NCBI GenBank assembly: GCA_045543695.1
Contig: JAZPXQ010000011.1
Coordinates: 98,923 to 162,922 of the forward strand
DNA from: Acutalibacteraceae bacterium
GTDB taxonomy: Bacteria > Bacillota > Clostridia > Oscillospirales > Acutalibacteraceae
Reading direction: 5' to 3'
Length of the DNA: 64,000 nt
Shown here: positions 36,313-46,464 of the stretch, piece after piece
How positions within the stretch are numbered: the stretch's first letter is position 1
How the letters are laid out: each line of letters starts with the position of its first letter
The notes under the pieces: model-generated
What the model was told of the DNA's origin: nothing
The model's database searches: none
What the model saw: only the letters and a program-made list of their open reading frames with translations
Program-made: the position numbers and the translations under genes

Positions 36313-36980
36313 TTTTCAAATTTCAAAAGGGCATCGCCGGCGGCAGCTTGTTCTGCTTCTTTCTTCGTTCTACCCTCACCACTACCAACAATTTCACCAT
36401 TAAGCTTAACTACAAACTTGAAAGTTTTATTGTGATCGGGGCCAAATTCACCAACCTCTTCATAACAAAGAGTATTGCCTTTTTCTTTTTGAATTTCCTC
36501 TTGTAAAAGGGATTTATTATCTTTAAAGTTAGCCTCTCTTTTCACAGCTTCCTTTATAAAGCTTAAAATATATGGTCTTACAACGTCTATACCACCATCA
36601 AGGTACATAGCTGCAATAACAGCCTCAAAGGCATCCGATACAATTGAAGGTCTGTTTCTTCCTCCTGTATGCTCCTCGCCTCTACCCATTAAAATAAAGT
36701 CACCTAAATTTATTTTTTCGGCAAATTTAAAAAGGGATTTTTCGCATACCACTGCTGCACGAAGCTTTGTAAGAACCCCCTCGGGACGAGTTTTGTACTC
36801 CTCAAAAAGATATTCGGCTGTAACAAAGCCTAAAACCGAATCACCTAAAAACTCAAGTCTTTCGTTGTCGTGAGGCAATTTATTTTCATTAGCATAGGAT
36901 GAATGGGTAAGAGCTCGTGTTAACAGAGCCTTGTCTTTAAATTCATAGCCAATCATTTCTTCAAATGCAGATAAATTCAT
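36309..36980 (-). CDS. rnc: Ribonuclease III
   Basis: NERLEFLGDSVL signature and a C-terminal dsRBD (GEGRTKKEAEQAAA). Confidence 0.95.
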   Translation of the reverse strand: MNLSAFEEMIGYEFKDKALLTRALTHSSYANENKLPHDNERLEFLGDSVLGFVTAEYLFEEYKTRPEGVLTKLRAAVVCEKSLFKFAEKINLGDFILMGRGEEHTGGRNRPSIVSDAFEAVIAAMYLDGGIDVVRPYILSFIKEAVKREANFKDNKSLLQEEIQKEKGNTLCYEEVGEFGPDHNKTFKFVVKLNGEIVGSGEGRTKKEAEQAAAGDALLKFEK

Positions 36981-36990
36981 AATTACCTCC

Positions 36991-38301
36991 TTACAAGTTT
37001 ATGTTTTTGTAATATTCCAGGCTACGTTCTGCTACCTTCAGATAGCGTTCAGCCTTATCTCTAATTTTTTCATCTAACGGGTCAATTATTCCTATTGCGG
37101 CACCCATAGGCTGAAAATGCTTTACGGTTTCATCGCTGATATACTGAGAAAGTGCTCCAAGCATTGTTATTTTCGGAAGCTCTAAGGGTTCTTCTCCGAA
37201 AATTCTTCTTGCGGCATTATATCCGGCAAGAATACCGGATGCTGCACTTTCCATATACCCCTCAACACCTGAAATCTGTCCGGCAAAGTATATGTGCGGG
37301 GCTTTCTTCATACTGAAATCCCGATTCAAAAGACCGGGCGAGTTAAGAAATGTATTTCTGTGCATAACTCCGTATCTGACAAATTCAGCATTTTTAAGAG
37401 CAGGAAACATAGAAAAGACTCTTTTTTGTTCCGGGAATTTCAGATTTGTCTGAAATCCCACAAGATTATACATTGTTCCATCTTTGTTTTCCTTACGCAG
37501 CTGAAGGTTTGCCCAGGGTCTGTGACCCGTTTTAGGGTTGGTAAGACCAACAGGCTTTAACGGACCATAGCGCATTGCATCTTTTCCTCTTGATGCTAAA
37601 ACCTCAATAGGCATACAGCCCTCATAAACATCCTTTTTCTTATCAAAGGAATGAAGCTCGGCACTTTCTGCATTTACAAGTGCATCATAAAAAGCTTCGT
37701 ACTCCTCTTTGTTAAGAGGACAATTTATATAGTCATCCTCGCCACCACGATCATACCTGGACTGCGTGAAGGCATACTCCATATCTACACTTTCTGCAGT
37801 AACAATGGGGGCTGCCGCATCATAGAAGGAAAGAAATTCTTTTCCGCAAAGCTTCGATACTTCGTTTGCCAGAGCATCGGACATTAATGGTCCTGCTGCA
37901 ATAATAACCACATCGCACTCAGGAATTTCAGTTATCTCCTGCCGAACAAGAGTGATATTCGGATCATTTTCAATACGCTGTGTAATAAGAGCCGAAAAAA
38001 TATCTCTGTCAACAGCAAGTGCACCACCTGCCGGAACCTGCGCTACCTGAGCTGCATCAAGACAAACAGAACCAAAAAGTCTCATTTCTGCCTTTAAAAG
38101 TCCTGCTGCCGAGCCTAATCTTGCTGCTTTAAGGGAGTTTGAACAAACAAGCTCTCCTAATTTATCACTTTTATGGGCAGGTGAAAATCTCCGGGGCTTC
38201 ATTTCGTAAAGAGTAACTTTAATACCTCTTTTACTGAGCTGGTTTGCAGCCTCAACACCTGCAAGACCACCACCGATAACAATAGCTTTTTTATCAGTCA
38301 T
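36991..38301 (-). CDS. trmFO: Methylenetetrahydrofolate--tRNA-(uracil54-C5)-methyltransferase TrmFO
   Basis: AIVIGGGLAGVEAA FAD motif and Gid/TrmFO family sequence. ATG 38301 follows AGGATGA and overlaps the topA 3' end. The longer ORF back to 38415 is unlikely. Confidence 0.9.
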   Translation of the reverse strand: MTDKKAIVIGGGLAGVEAANQLSKRGIKVTLYEMKPRRFSPAHKSDKLGELVCSNSLKAARLGSAAGLLKAEMRLFGSVCLDAAQVAQVPAGGALAVDRDIFSALITQRIENDPNITLVRQEITEIPECDVVIIAAGPLMSDALANEVSKLCGKEFLSFYDAAAPIVTAESVDMEYAFTQSRYDRGGEDDYINCPLNKEEYEAFYDALVNAESAELHSFDKKKDVYEGCMPIEVLASRGKDAMRYGPLKPVGLTNPKTGHRPWANLQLRKENKDGTMYNLVGFQTNLKFPEQKRVFSMFPALKNAEFVRYGVMHRNTFLNSPGLLNRDFSMKKAPHIYFAGQISGVEGYMESAASGILAGYNAARRIFGEEPLELPKITMLGALSQYISDETVKHFQPMGAAIGIIDPLDEKIRDKAERYLKVAERSLEYYKNINL

Positions 38302-40414
38302 TATTTTCATCCTGTGTTTTCTTTGCATTTTTTCGGGCAGCCTTAAAGGTATAGTCACACGCTTCGTTTGAACAAGTAACCATTCCACCCTTGCCTTTGA
38401 AAAGTGCTTTTCCACATTTTGGACAATTCTCTCCTGTTGGCTTATCCCAAGTCATAAAATTACAAGTGGGATAGTTGCTACAACCGTAGAACTGATAACC
38501 ACGCTTGGATTTTTTACCAATTACATTACCACCACAAAGGGGGCAGGTTGCATTTGTTTCCTCTATAAGAGGCTTGGTTGTTTTACATTCGGGATAGCCC
38601 GGACAAGCAAGGAATTTACCAAATCTGCCCACCTTAACAACCATATTTTTTCCACATTTTTCACATTTGATATCAGTGATATCTTCCTGAAGCTGAATTT
38701 TCTGACCTTGCATTTCAGTTTTTGCTTTAGCAAGAGTATTCTCTAAATCATCATAAAATTCGTGAAGCATTGCAATATAGTTTGTTTTACCTTCATCAAT
38801 TTCATCGAGCTTTGTTTCCATTGAAGCAGTAAATTTTGTATTTACAATTTTCTGGAATTTCTCTTTAAGAAGGTTTGTTGTTGCTACACCAAGCTCAGTA
38901 GCTTTAAGAAGCTTTCCGTCACGCTTTACATACTCTCTCTTGATAATTGTTGTAACGATAGATGCGTAGGTACTTGGACGACCAACACCTGTTTCTTCAA
39001 GTGTTTTAATAAGCGACGCTTCCGTAAAGAATGACGGAGGCTGTGTAAAGTGCTGATTACCTTTAATCTCTTTAATCTTGAGAGTATCGCCTTCTTTAAC
39101 ATCAGGAATGGCTGCATCACTGTCATCCTCAGCAGTAACATCCTCGTAAAGCTTTGTGAAACCATCAAACTTAATAGAGTAACCACTTGCTGAGAATACG
39201 CAATATCCGGTCTCACCATCTTTTTTGCCTGTAATTTCCACCTTAACTGTATCCTGTACACAAGGAGCCATAAGAGAAGCTACATATCTGCACCAGATAA
39301 GGTTATAAAGCTTATACTGATCACTTGAAAGACTAGCCTTAGCAATTGCAGGTGTAATAGCAACATTAGCGGGTCTTATCGCTTCGTGACCATCCTGTGC
39401 GCCTGCTCTTGTTTTAAAATAGCGAGGCTTTTCGGGAAGATATTTTTCACCATATTCACTTGTGATAAATGCATTTGCAGCAGCACGAGCTTCTTCAGAG
39501 ATACGAAGTGAGTCGGTTCTCATATAAGTAATAAGACCTGTCATACCGATACCTGAAAGCTCAATACCTTCATAAAGCTCCTGTGCAATTTTCATTGTCT
39601 TCTGAGCCTGGAAATTAAGCTTTCTGGATGCTTCCTGCTGCATTGAAGATGTGATAAAGGGTGGTGCCGGTTGTTTCTTTCTTGTACCTTTTTTTACACT
39701 GGTAGCTGTGTAGTTTGCACCATCAAGACGATTAAGATAATAATCTGCTTGTTCTTTATTTTCAATTTTAACCTTACCGTTTTCATCGGCTGTAAGGGAT
39801 GCGCTGAGAGTCTTTCTGTTCGAAAGGAACTTTGCATCAATTGACCAATACTCCTCAGGATTAAACTTTTCAATCTCCTCCTGACGATCAACTATAAGTC
39901 TTACTGCAACGCTCTGTACACGACCTGCTGAAAGACCTCTTCTGATTTTTTGAGAAATGAACGGACTAAGCCTGTATCCAACAAGTCTGTCAAGAATACG
40001 ACGAGCCTGCTGTGCATCAACAAGACCCATATCTACAATTTCGGGATTACTGATACCTTTTTTTACACTTTTTTCATTTATTTCATTAAATTTAACTCTG
40101 TTTTTTTCACTAAGATCAAGACCAAGCACACTTGCAAGGTGCCAGGAAATTGCTTCTCCTTCTCTATCAGGGTCAGTTGCAAGGTAAACCTTGTCGCAAC
40201 CACTTACCTTTTCTTTAAGCTCTTTAACAAGCTTTTCCTTGCCCTTTATAATTGCATATTTAGGTGCGAAATCATTTTTTACATCTACATTAAGCTTCGC
40301 TGCGGGCAAATCTCTTATATGACCCATAGAAGCAACAACATCGTAATCAGCCCCAAGATACTTCTTTATAGTCTTTGCTTTTGCAGGGGACTCAACAATA
40401 ACAAGTTTAGACAT
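38294..40414 (-). CDS. topA: DNA topoisomerase I
   Basis: TOPRIM start KLVIVESPAKAKTI, catalytic region, and three C-terminal Cys4 zinc ribbons. ATG 40414 follows AAAGGATGA. Confidence 0.95.
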   Translation of the reverse strand: MSKLVIVESPAKAKTIKKYLGADYDVVASMGHIRDLPAAKLNVDVKNDFAPKYAIIKGKEKLVKELKEKVSGCDKVYLATDPDREGEAISWHLASVLGLDLSEKNRVKFNEINEKSVKKGISNPEIVDMGLVDAQQARRILDRLVGYRLSPFISQKIRRGLSAGRVQSVAVRLIVDRQEEIEKFNPEEYWSIDAKFLSNRKTLSASLTADENGKVKIENKEQADYYLNRLDGANYTATSVKKGTRKKQPAPPFITSSMQQEASRKLNFQAQKTMKIAQELYEGIELSGIGMTGLITYMRTDSLRISEEARAAANAFITSEYGEKYLPEKPRYFKTRAGAQDGHEAIRPANVAITPAIAKASLSSDQYKLYNLIWCRYVASLMAPCVQDTVKVEITGKKDGETGYCVFSASGYSIKFDGFTKLYEDVTAEDDSDAAIPDVKEGDTLKIKEIKGNQHFTQPPSFFTEASLIKTLEETGVGRPSTYASIVTTIIKREYVKRDGKLLKATELGVATTNLLKEKFQKIVNTKFTASMETKLDEIDEGKTNYIAMLHEFYDDLENTLAKAKTEMQGQKIQLQEDITDIKCEKCGKNMVVKVGRFGKFLACPGYPECKTTKPLIEETNATCPLCGGNVIGKKSKRGYQFYGCSNYPTCNFMTWDKPTGENCPKCGKALFKGKGGMVTCSNEACDYTFKAARKNAKKTQDENND

Positions 40415-40449
40415 TGGTTTCATCCTTTCGTTTTCTCTTTATCGTTTGA

Positions 40450-41667
40450 TTAAATAATCTTATATTTCTTACCACTTTCTAACTCAACAAGCCCTGAAAG
40501 CTCAAGCTCAGTCAGAGAAGCCAGTACAACATTCATTTTTAGTTTTGTTTCCCTTACAATATCATCAATATGCGTACCATTCTCATTCAGTACACCAAAT
40601 ACAATTTTTGAATCGTTACTGATATCGTCGGGAAGAGCTTTTTTCACAGTTTCTTTTTCTGTGTTTTTATATTCTTTACTATTCTGCTCAGTTTTAGAAT
40701 TGGATTGAGGTTTTGTCTTTGGTTTTCTGTAATCAACATAAGCTACATCTGAAAGCGGCACTTTAGCTTTTTCCATATCGAACAAATGCCCGTAAAGATA
40801 TTCATATTCGCAAAGAATATCCTCTGCCGAAAAAACAGGCTTCGCACCACTTCTTATAAGGTGATTGGTTCCGTCAAAAGAGGAACGAACTATATCACCG
40901 GGAACAGCAAAAACATCCCGTCCCTGTTCAAGAGCACAATTTGCAGTGATAAGCGAGCCACTTTTTACGCCTGCCTCAATTACTGCAACACCTAAAGAAA
41001 CGCCTGAAATAAGTCTGTTACGAATAGGAAATGTAGCTTTGTTGGCAGGTGCAAAGGGTTGATATTCGGAAACAACTGCTCCATATCTGGTTATAGCTCT
41101 GCGCAATGCCGCATTTTCTTTAAGGTACCCGAAGGAAAGACCACACCCCAGAAAAGCTAATGTTCTGCCCTTTGCAAGCATAGCACCTGCGTGAGCTTCA
41201 CTATCTATCCCCAAGGCTCCACCACTAACAATTGTGGCTCCGGAAGCAGCCAGCGTATATGAAAGCTTCTGTGCTACTTCTATTCCATAGCTACTGGCAT
41301 TACGGGTACCTACTATTCCGATGCTTATTACATCTTTTAACACCGAGCAATCACCAATCCCGTAAATAACTAATGGCATATTTGAAAGATTTTTTAATCT
41401 GTCAGGAAAAAGGTCATTATCGGGAGTTATAATTGAATACCCCTTTTGGCTGCATTCTTTTAATATTGCCCCTGTCTGTGACGGAGTTGAGCTCTTTAAT
41501 GCTTCAATTTTCTTCTGGGTGAAAAATCCTGACAAACGCCACTCCGTTGAACCTGCATTATATAGATTTTCAGGAGTTTCAAAATACGAGAGAATTTCAT
41601 CGGTACGCGCACCAGCGCCCAATGCGTTTTGCATCCATATCCAATATTCAACAGGACAAACACTCAT
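40450..41667 (-). CDS. dprA: DNA-processing protein DprA (Smf)
   Basis: Rossmann-like core GIVGTRNASSYG...SGGALGIDSEAH and a C-terminal winged-helix-like tail. ATGA overlap with the upstream methyltransferase stop. Confidence 0.85.
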   Translation of the reverse strand: MSVCPVEYWIWMQNALGAGARTDEILSYFETPENLYNAGSTEWRLSGFFTQKKIEALKSSTPSQTGAILKECSQKGYSIITPDNDLFPDRLKNLSNMPLVIYGIGDCSVLKDVISIGIVGTRNASSYGIEVAQKLSYTLAASGATIVSGGALGIDSEAHAGAMLAKGRTLAFLGCGLSFGYLKENAALRRAITRYGAVVSEYQPFAPANKATFPIRNRLISGVSLGVAVIEAGVKSGSLITANCALEQGRDVFAVPGDIVRSSFDGTNHLIRSGAKPVFSAEDILCEYEYLYGHLFDMEKAKVPLSDVAYVDYRKPKTKPQSNSKTEQNSKEYKNTEKETVKKALPDDISNDSKIVFGVLNENGTHIDDIVRETKLKMNVVLASLTELELSGLVELESGKKYKII

Positions 41668-42449
41668 CTCATCATTTCCCAAATAATTATTGAAGCAGCT
41701 GCAGCAGCATTAAGTGATTCTGCTCTTCCCTTCATAGGTATTGTAACAAGCTTTGTTGCAGCAGCCAAGGTTTCAGCTGTGATTCCATTACCTTCATTTC
41801 CGATGATAGCAATAACCCCACCACTCATATCAACCTCGGTCAATTTTTCAGCTTTCGGGTCCGGAACTCCTGCAAGCACACTCATACCGTTCTTTGAAAG
41901 GTCCCTTAATGTTTCGGGAAGCTGGTCCGTTTCAACTATATTAAGTCTGAATAAGGAGCCCATGGCAGCTCTTTGTGATTTCGGGTTATATATATCGCAA
42001 CCGCCACTGACTATAACGCCATCAAGTCCTACCGCTTCGGCAGTTCTTACAACTGCACCGAAATTGGCAGGATTTGAAACATCTTCTAAGGCGATATATT
42101 TCCCATTGTATTTTATTTTACCTATATTTGTCTTTTTGTCAAGCATTTTACACAGGCAAAAAACGCCCTGATTACTTTTAGTATCGGACAATTTTTCAGC
42201 CACTTCTTCAGACACGAAAAAGCTACGCTTGGCACATTTTTCTACCAAACGCACGTATTCTTCGTATTTTGAAAGTGCTTTTTCTGTTACATACATTTCG
42301 GTAATTTCAACACCACTTGAAGCTGCATCAAAGCAGAGCCTTGCTCCTTCTGCAAAAAACAAGCTTTCTTCCCTTCGGAAAGAGGTGTTTTCCCGAATTT
42401 TAACTGCATATTTTATGCGATCATTTGCTTTACTTGTAATTTTTTCCAT
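41664..42449 (-). CDS. TrmH/SpoU-family RNA 2'-O-methyltransferase
   Basis: SpoU motifs (NPANFGAVVRTAEAVG, IIGNEGNGI, ESLNAAAAASIIIWE) with an N-terminal substrate-binding domain. Confidence 0.8.
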   Translation of the reverse strand: MEKITSKANDRIKYAVKIRENTSFRREESLFFAEGARLCFDAASSGVEITEMYVTEKALSKYEEYVRLVEKCAKRSFFVSEEVAEKLSDTKSNQGVFCLCKMLDKKTNIGKIKYNGKYIALEDVSNPANFGAVVRTAEAVGLDGVIVSGGCDIYNPKSQRAAMGSLFRLNIVETDQLPETLRDLSKNGMSVLAGVPDPKAEKLTEVDMSGGVIAIIGNEGNGITAETLAAATKLVTIPMKGRAESLNAAAAASIIIWEMMR

Positions 42450-42507
42450 AGTTCAAAAAAACATCTTACGCCCGACCAAGATTTTGGTCGGGCGCAATTT
42501 CTGATTA

Positions 42508-42861
42508 TTAAAGAGCTGCTTTTGCTTTCTCTACAAGAGCTGCAAAACCTTCGGGATCTGCAATAGCAATCTCTGAAAGCATTTTTCTGTTAAGTTCGAT
42601 ACCTGCTTTTTTAAGACCATTAATGAATGTTGAATAATTGATACCATTCATTTTGCAAGCAGCAGAGATTCTTGTAATCCAAAGACGACGGAAATCTCTC
42701 TTTTTCTGTTTACGGCCAACATAAGCATAGTTACCACTTTTCATAACAGCCTGTTTAGCTGTTTTGAAGAGTTTGCTCTTTGAACCATAATAACCCTTTG
42801 CGAGTTTAAGAACTTTATTTCTTCTTTTGCGAGTCATCATCGCACCTTTAATACGTGCCAT
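42508..42861 (-). CDS. rplT: 50S ribosomal protein L20
   Basis: [26 protein letters not shown]... is a canonical L20. Confidence 0.97.
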   Translation of the reverse strand: MARIKGAMMTRKRRNKVLKLAKGYYGSKSKLFKTAKQAVMKSGNYAYVGRKQKKRDFRRLWITRISAACKMNGINYSTFINGLKKAGIELNRKMLSEIAIADPEGFAALVEKAKAAL

Positions 42862-42890
42862 TATAAGTTACCTCCTATACCGTTTTCTTC

Positions 42891-43088
42891 TTATTTATAA
42901 GGAATAAGACGTTTAATCTGCTTCTGATTTGTAACGTCTGCAACATTAGTCTTACGAAGACCTCTTTTACGTTTGGTTGTTTTCTTGGTAAGGATGTGTG
43001 ACTTGTTTGCATGGCCGCGAATCGGCTTACCGTTTTTAGACATTTTGAAACGCTTTTTAGCGCCTGAGTGAGTTTTGATTTTAGGCAT
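42891..43088 (-). CDS. rpmI: 50S ribosomal protein L35
   Basis: [15 protein letters not shown]... is a canonical L35. Confidence 0.97.
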   Translation of the reverse strand: MPKIKTHSGAKKRFKMSKNGKPIRGHANKSHILTKKTTKRKRGLRKTNVADVTNQKQIKRLIPYK

Positions 43089-43108
43089 AATAAAATCCTC
43101 CTTAAATT

Positions 43109-43624
43109 TTACTTGGATACTTTGGGAACAAGGAACATAAGCATTTGACGGCCTTCAAGCTTTGCCGGTTTTTCAACTGAACCTGTTTCGGAACAAGCTT
43201 CTGCAAAACGCTGCATAATTGTAATGCCGTATTCGGTGTGTGCCATCTCCCTGCCTCTGAAACGAATTGACACCTTAACCTTATCGCCATCCTTCAAGAA
43301 ACGGAGAGCGTGGTTAACCTTTGTGTTAAAGTCACCTGTGTCGATATTCAAAGATAAGCGAACCTCTTTGATATCCATAACCTTTTGTTTTTTCTTTGCT
43401 TCCTTTTCACGTTTAGCCTGTTCAAATTTGAACTTACCGTAGTCCATAATTTTGCAAACAGGGGGAACTGCGTTGGGAGCAACCTTAACAAGGTCGAGAT
43501 TACTTCTTTCTGCTAAAACGAGAGCATCCTTGGGTGACATAACACCAAGCTGTTCACCATCTGCAGAAATAACTCTGACTTCCTTATCTCTGATCTCCTC
43601 GTTGATCTGATTCTCCTTGCTGAT
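43109..43624 (-). CDS. infC: Translation initiation factor IF-3, ATC start codon
   Basis: The IF-3 sequence begins at [22 protein letters not shown] 43624 lies 7 nt after GGAGGTG. The upstream in-frame GTG at 43690 sits inside the leader hairpin. Confidence 0.9.
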   Translation of the reverse strand: MSKENQINEEIRDKEVRVISADGEQLGVMSPKDALVLAERSNLDLVKVAPNAVPPVCKIMDYGKFKFEQAKREKEAKKKQKVMDIKEVRLSLNIDTGDFNTKVNHALRFLKDGDKVKVSIRFRGREMAHTEYGITIMQRFAEACSETGSVEKPAKLEGRQMLMFLVPKVSK

Positions 43625-43767
43625 ACCTAAGCACCTCCAATAAATAATGAAAAGCTCGAACAGAAATTCCGTTCGAGCCTCAAAACGCACCTATTGCGTT
43701 AAACATTGAAACTATTGACCAAACAATACTCTCGTTTGGTGAGAACGGAACAGTTCTGCTTTATTGC
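43625..43767 (-). promoter_or_regulatory. infC-rpmI-rplT leader with attenuator hairpin (L20-leader type)
   Basis: About 140-nt leader. The GCTCGAAC/GTTCGAGC hairpin (43654-43678) is followed on the minus strand by TTTTCATTATTTATT, just before the SD. Confidence 0.55.
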
Positions 43768-43773
43768 CTTGAT

Positions 43774-43802
43774 ATGATACCAACTTTATCATCATTTGTC
43801 AA
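43774..43802 (-). promoter_or_regulatory. Sigma-A promoter of the infC operon
   Basis: Minus strand: TTGACA, 17 nt, TATCAT. Confidence 0.6.
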
Positions 43803-43810
43803 GTGTTTTT

Positions 43811-44074
43811 TTACTTTATTTCTTGTTCGAGTTTATAATACTCTGTATCATCAAAAAACTCTACAATTGAAATCTCAAAACCATCGCAAATTTTCTTGAT
43901 TGTAACAATACCGGGATTCCTGCTTTCTCCGTTCAGAATACTTTTAAGAGTAGATTGAGAAATCCCACACATATAACTCAAAGCGTTGGGAGTAATCCCC
44001 CTCTCGTTGCATAACTGATATATTCTTTGCACAACAAAATCATAAATTCCCATTTGACACTTCTGAATATACAA
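43811..44074 (-). CDS. XRE-family helix-turn-helix transcriptional regulator
   Basis: The HTH segment ITPNALSYMCGISQSTLKSILNG is present. The start is uncertain (TTG 44074 or ATG 44053). Confidence 0.75.
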   Translation of the reverse strand: MYIQKCQMGIYDFVVQRIYQLCNERGITPNALSYMCGISQSTLKSILNGESRNPGIVTIKKICDGFEISIVEFFDDTEYYKLEQEIK

Positions 44075-44079
44075 TTGTC

Positions 44080-45873
44080 TTACACTTCAGTTACTTGGTC
44101 AGTATTTTCTCCAGGGGCCTCGCTCACGATTTCAGTTGTTGTTACCTCGGTTGTTTCCTCTGTTGTTTTTTCAACATACTCACCGTAATAATAAACGATG
44201 ATTTTGTCAGTTACTGAAAGGCGTCTGTCATCAGGAATAGCAACCCAGTTATCAGTTTTTGCATCTTCGCAAACAATACTGTAAACCTTTAAAGAGTCAG
44301 CTTCCTTTTCAGCAACATTACTTGCAACTGTTTCAACATTTTTGAAGCCGGCTTTTTTCAGCTCCGAAACTGCGTCCTTCAGCTTTTTATTTAAAACATT
44401 AGGAACTTCCTTGCCATTACTTATTCTTAAAGTAATATTTCTCTGCTCTATTACAAGAGTACCCTCTATTAAATCCTGCGAAATAACTGTACCCTTCTTT
44501 TCCTCACTGTCAACATATTCTGTTTTGAAAATGAGGAAATTATCATACGTATCATCAGCTTTTATATCTTCATATAGCTTACCCTTAAAATTGGGAACTG
44601 TTATGCTGGATGCACCAATTTCAGTTTCCTCGTCATTTTCAGAAACTGCTTCTGTTGTGGTTGTCTCAGTAGTATCATCTTCCTTGTCGTCTTTGGAAAA
44701 TCCCTTTATTCCCCAAAGCGCAACAACAAGAATACCTAAACAAAGCACAACACTCAAGCAAAAAACAGCTATTGTGCTTTTTTTGATTTTTGGGGACTCC
44801 GGTTGCTCATCTGCTTCGTCAGCCATAGGAAGCTCCTCTACAACAGTTTCCTCAACATCTTCTTTTTGATTTGCATACATAGAAGAATACGCCTCTGAGG
44901 CTGTACCTGCTGCCGCAGGTGAGGCTGACAATTCATCTCTGAATTCTTCTGCTGTAACAGTTCTGTCATTGGGCAAAATCTGCAAAGCATTTACAAGGGC
45001 ATTTATAACATAAGCAGGTAACTGCTCAGCAAACTTACCGGGAATCATAAGCTTATCATTAGTAAGTCTTGATGACGAGCTCATAGGAACACTGCCTATA
45101 AGAGCACGATAAAGCACTGCAGCAAAAGCATAAATGTCTGTGCTTGTACTCAGACCTTCGCTGAAGCCATACTGTTCCACAGCTGCATAGCCATCGAACA
45201 GCTCACTTTCCATATTGCTTTTCTGACGGCGCACGGCTTCTATGGAGTAGCCTGTTATGCGAAGCTTACCATTCTTATCAAGCACCAGTGTTTCAGGGCA
45301 AATGCCACCGTGGACAATTCCTGAATAGTGAAGCTCGCCTAAAGCAGAAAGCACCGGCATAAACAGAACACGTGCATCATCCCAGGAAATATATCCTGTT
45401 TCCTGTTCTAAAAGGAATTCACGTAAGGTTTTACCTTCACCAAGATATTCACTGACTGCAAAAACAGTACCTAAATCCTCAACAAGTTCGTAAACCTGTG
45501 TAAGTGCAGTAAAGCCTTTAAGCTCTGATAAAGTTGTCCACAGCTTCACAAATTCTTCCTTAGCCTCAATAAAATCAGATGCTTTACCTATATTAACAAG
45601 GCAATAATTACCCTCGCCCCTTGAAAGAACGCCCTTAGGGAAAAGCTCCCTCAAAGCAACGGGTGTTTTCTTCTCCATATCGAAAGCATAATAGGTAGAA
45701 CCTTCGCTGTTAGAGGAAACAAGCTTTCCCACAAGGTACTTACCACCAACTATTGTTTTTAAAGGTAAGTAAGGCTCCTTTTGTGGTTCGCTGTTTTCTT
45801 TACGACAATAAGGACAAAAATCACTGTCGCCTATTTTTCTCATACAGCGCAAACAAAGTTTTTCTTTTTCCAT
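44080..45873 (-). CDS. Zn-ribbon / Hanks-type kinase-like (predicted pseudokinase) / TM / PASTA-like membrane protein
   Basis: CLRC...CPYC ribbon. The kinase fold is recognisable but key motifs are degenerate (VALRE for VAIK, HGGICPET for HRDLKPxN, TGYS for DFG). TM near aa 366-388. The C-terminus holds PASTA-like repeats (VPNVLNKKLKDAVSELKKAGF). Confidence 0.75.
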   Translation of the reverse strand: MEKEKLCLRCMRKIGDSDFCPYCRKENSEPQKEPYLPLKTIVGGKYLVGKLVSSNSEGSTYYAFDMEKKTPVALRELFPKGVLSRGEGNYCLVNIGKASDFIEAKEEFVKLWTTLSELKGFTALTQVYELVEDLGTVFAVSEYLGEGKTLREFLLEQETGYISWDDARVLFMPVLSALGELHYSGIVHGGICPETLVLDKNGKLRITGYSIEAVRRQKSNMESELFDGYAAVEQYGFSEGLSTSTDIYAFAAVLYRALIGSVPMSSSSRLTNDKLMIPGKFAEQLPAYVINALVNALQILPNDRTVTAEEFRDELSASPAAAGTASEAYSSMYANQKEDVEETVVEELPMADEADEQPESPKIKKSTIAVFCLSVVLCLGILVVALWGIKGFSKDDKEDDTTETTTTEAVSENDEETEIGASSITVPNFKGKLYEDIKADDTYDNFLIFKTEYVDSEEKKGTVISQDLIEGTLVIEQRNITLRISNGKEVPNVLNKKLKDAVSELKKAGFKNVETVASNVAEKEADSLKVYSIVCEDAKTDNWVAIPDDRRLSVTDKIIVYYYGEYVEKTTEETTEVTTTEIVSEAPGENTDQVTEV

Positions 45874-45886
45874 TTAAGAATTCACC

Positions 45887-46444
45887 TTAATCGTCAAAAC
45901 TGGGTCTTGCAATATTAGTACGTGCAAGAGCATCTTTAACACTATTGCGAAGTGTTCTTATATCGTTAACACTCTTGGTAAGCGTCTCGTCAGTATCTTT
46001 GATAACTGTCTCAACATAAGCACTTGCATTTCTCTTTATATCATTTGACCATTTTTCTGCTTTGGTAGTCATTTCCTGAGCACGGACTTTTGCATCAGCA
46101 ATAAGTGATTCTGACTCTGCCTTTGCCTGGCGTAAAATATCATTAGCAGCACTGGTTGCTTCTTTTGTAACCTGATGCTCCTCGATCATAAGATCTGCTC
46201 TCTGACGGGCATTATTAATTATATTTTCAGCATCAGCTTTAGCCTCCTCAAGAATATCACGTCTTTCCTGCGCAATTCTTCTTGCCTGGTTAATTTCATC
46301 GGGCATTTTGAGACGAATATCCTCAACAAGTCTTGAAAGCTCCTCGATATCTATAACCGTTGCATTCAAAAACGGAATTCGTTTTGCCTCATCAATAAGC
46401 TGCCCTATACTATCAAGGGCTTTTTCTACAGCACTTGTACTCAT
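45887..46444 (-). CDS. Coiled-coil protein (ATP-synthase b / V-ATPase G-like repeats), function unknown
   Basis: ATG 46444 lies 8 nt after AAAGGA. Ala/Glu/Lys-rich heptads are present (EEAKADAENIINNARQRADLMIEE...). Confidence 0.6.
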   Translation of the reverse strand: MSTSAVEKALDSIGQLIDEAKRIPFLNATVIDIEELSRLVEDIRLKMPDEINQARRIAQERRDILEEAKADAENIINNARQRADLMIEEHQVTKEATSAANDILRQAKAESESLIADAKVRAQEMTTKAEKWSNDIKRNASAYVETVIKDTDETLTKSVNDIRTLRNSVKDALARTNIARPSFDD

Positions 46445-46464
46445 AAAAAACATCCTTTCGTTAT

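Noticed and set aside
41629-42171. 180-aa ORF on the plus strand
   Set aside because: It is fully antisense to the well-supported TrmH-family methyltransferase and the dprA start. Its Ser/Pro/Ala-rich composition is typical of antisense frames.
44342-44869. 175-aa plus-strand ORF
   Set aside because: It is antisense to the kinase-like gene and is a Ser-rich, low-complexity translation.
43811-45873. HipBA-like toxin-antitoxin pair (XRE HTH plus kinase)
   Set aside because: The gene order is reversed relative to hipBA. The kinase-like protein is a Hanks-type membrane protein with PASTA repeats, not a HipA fold, and it seems catalytically dead.
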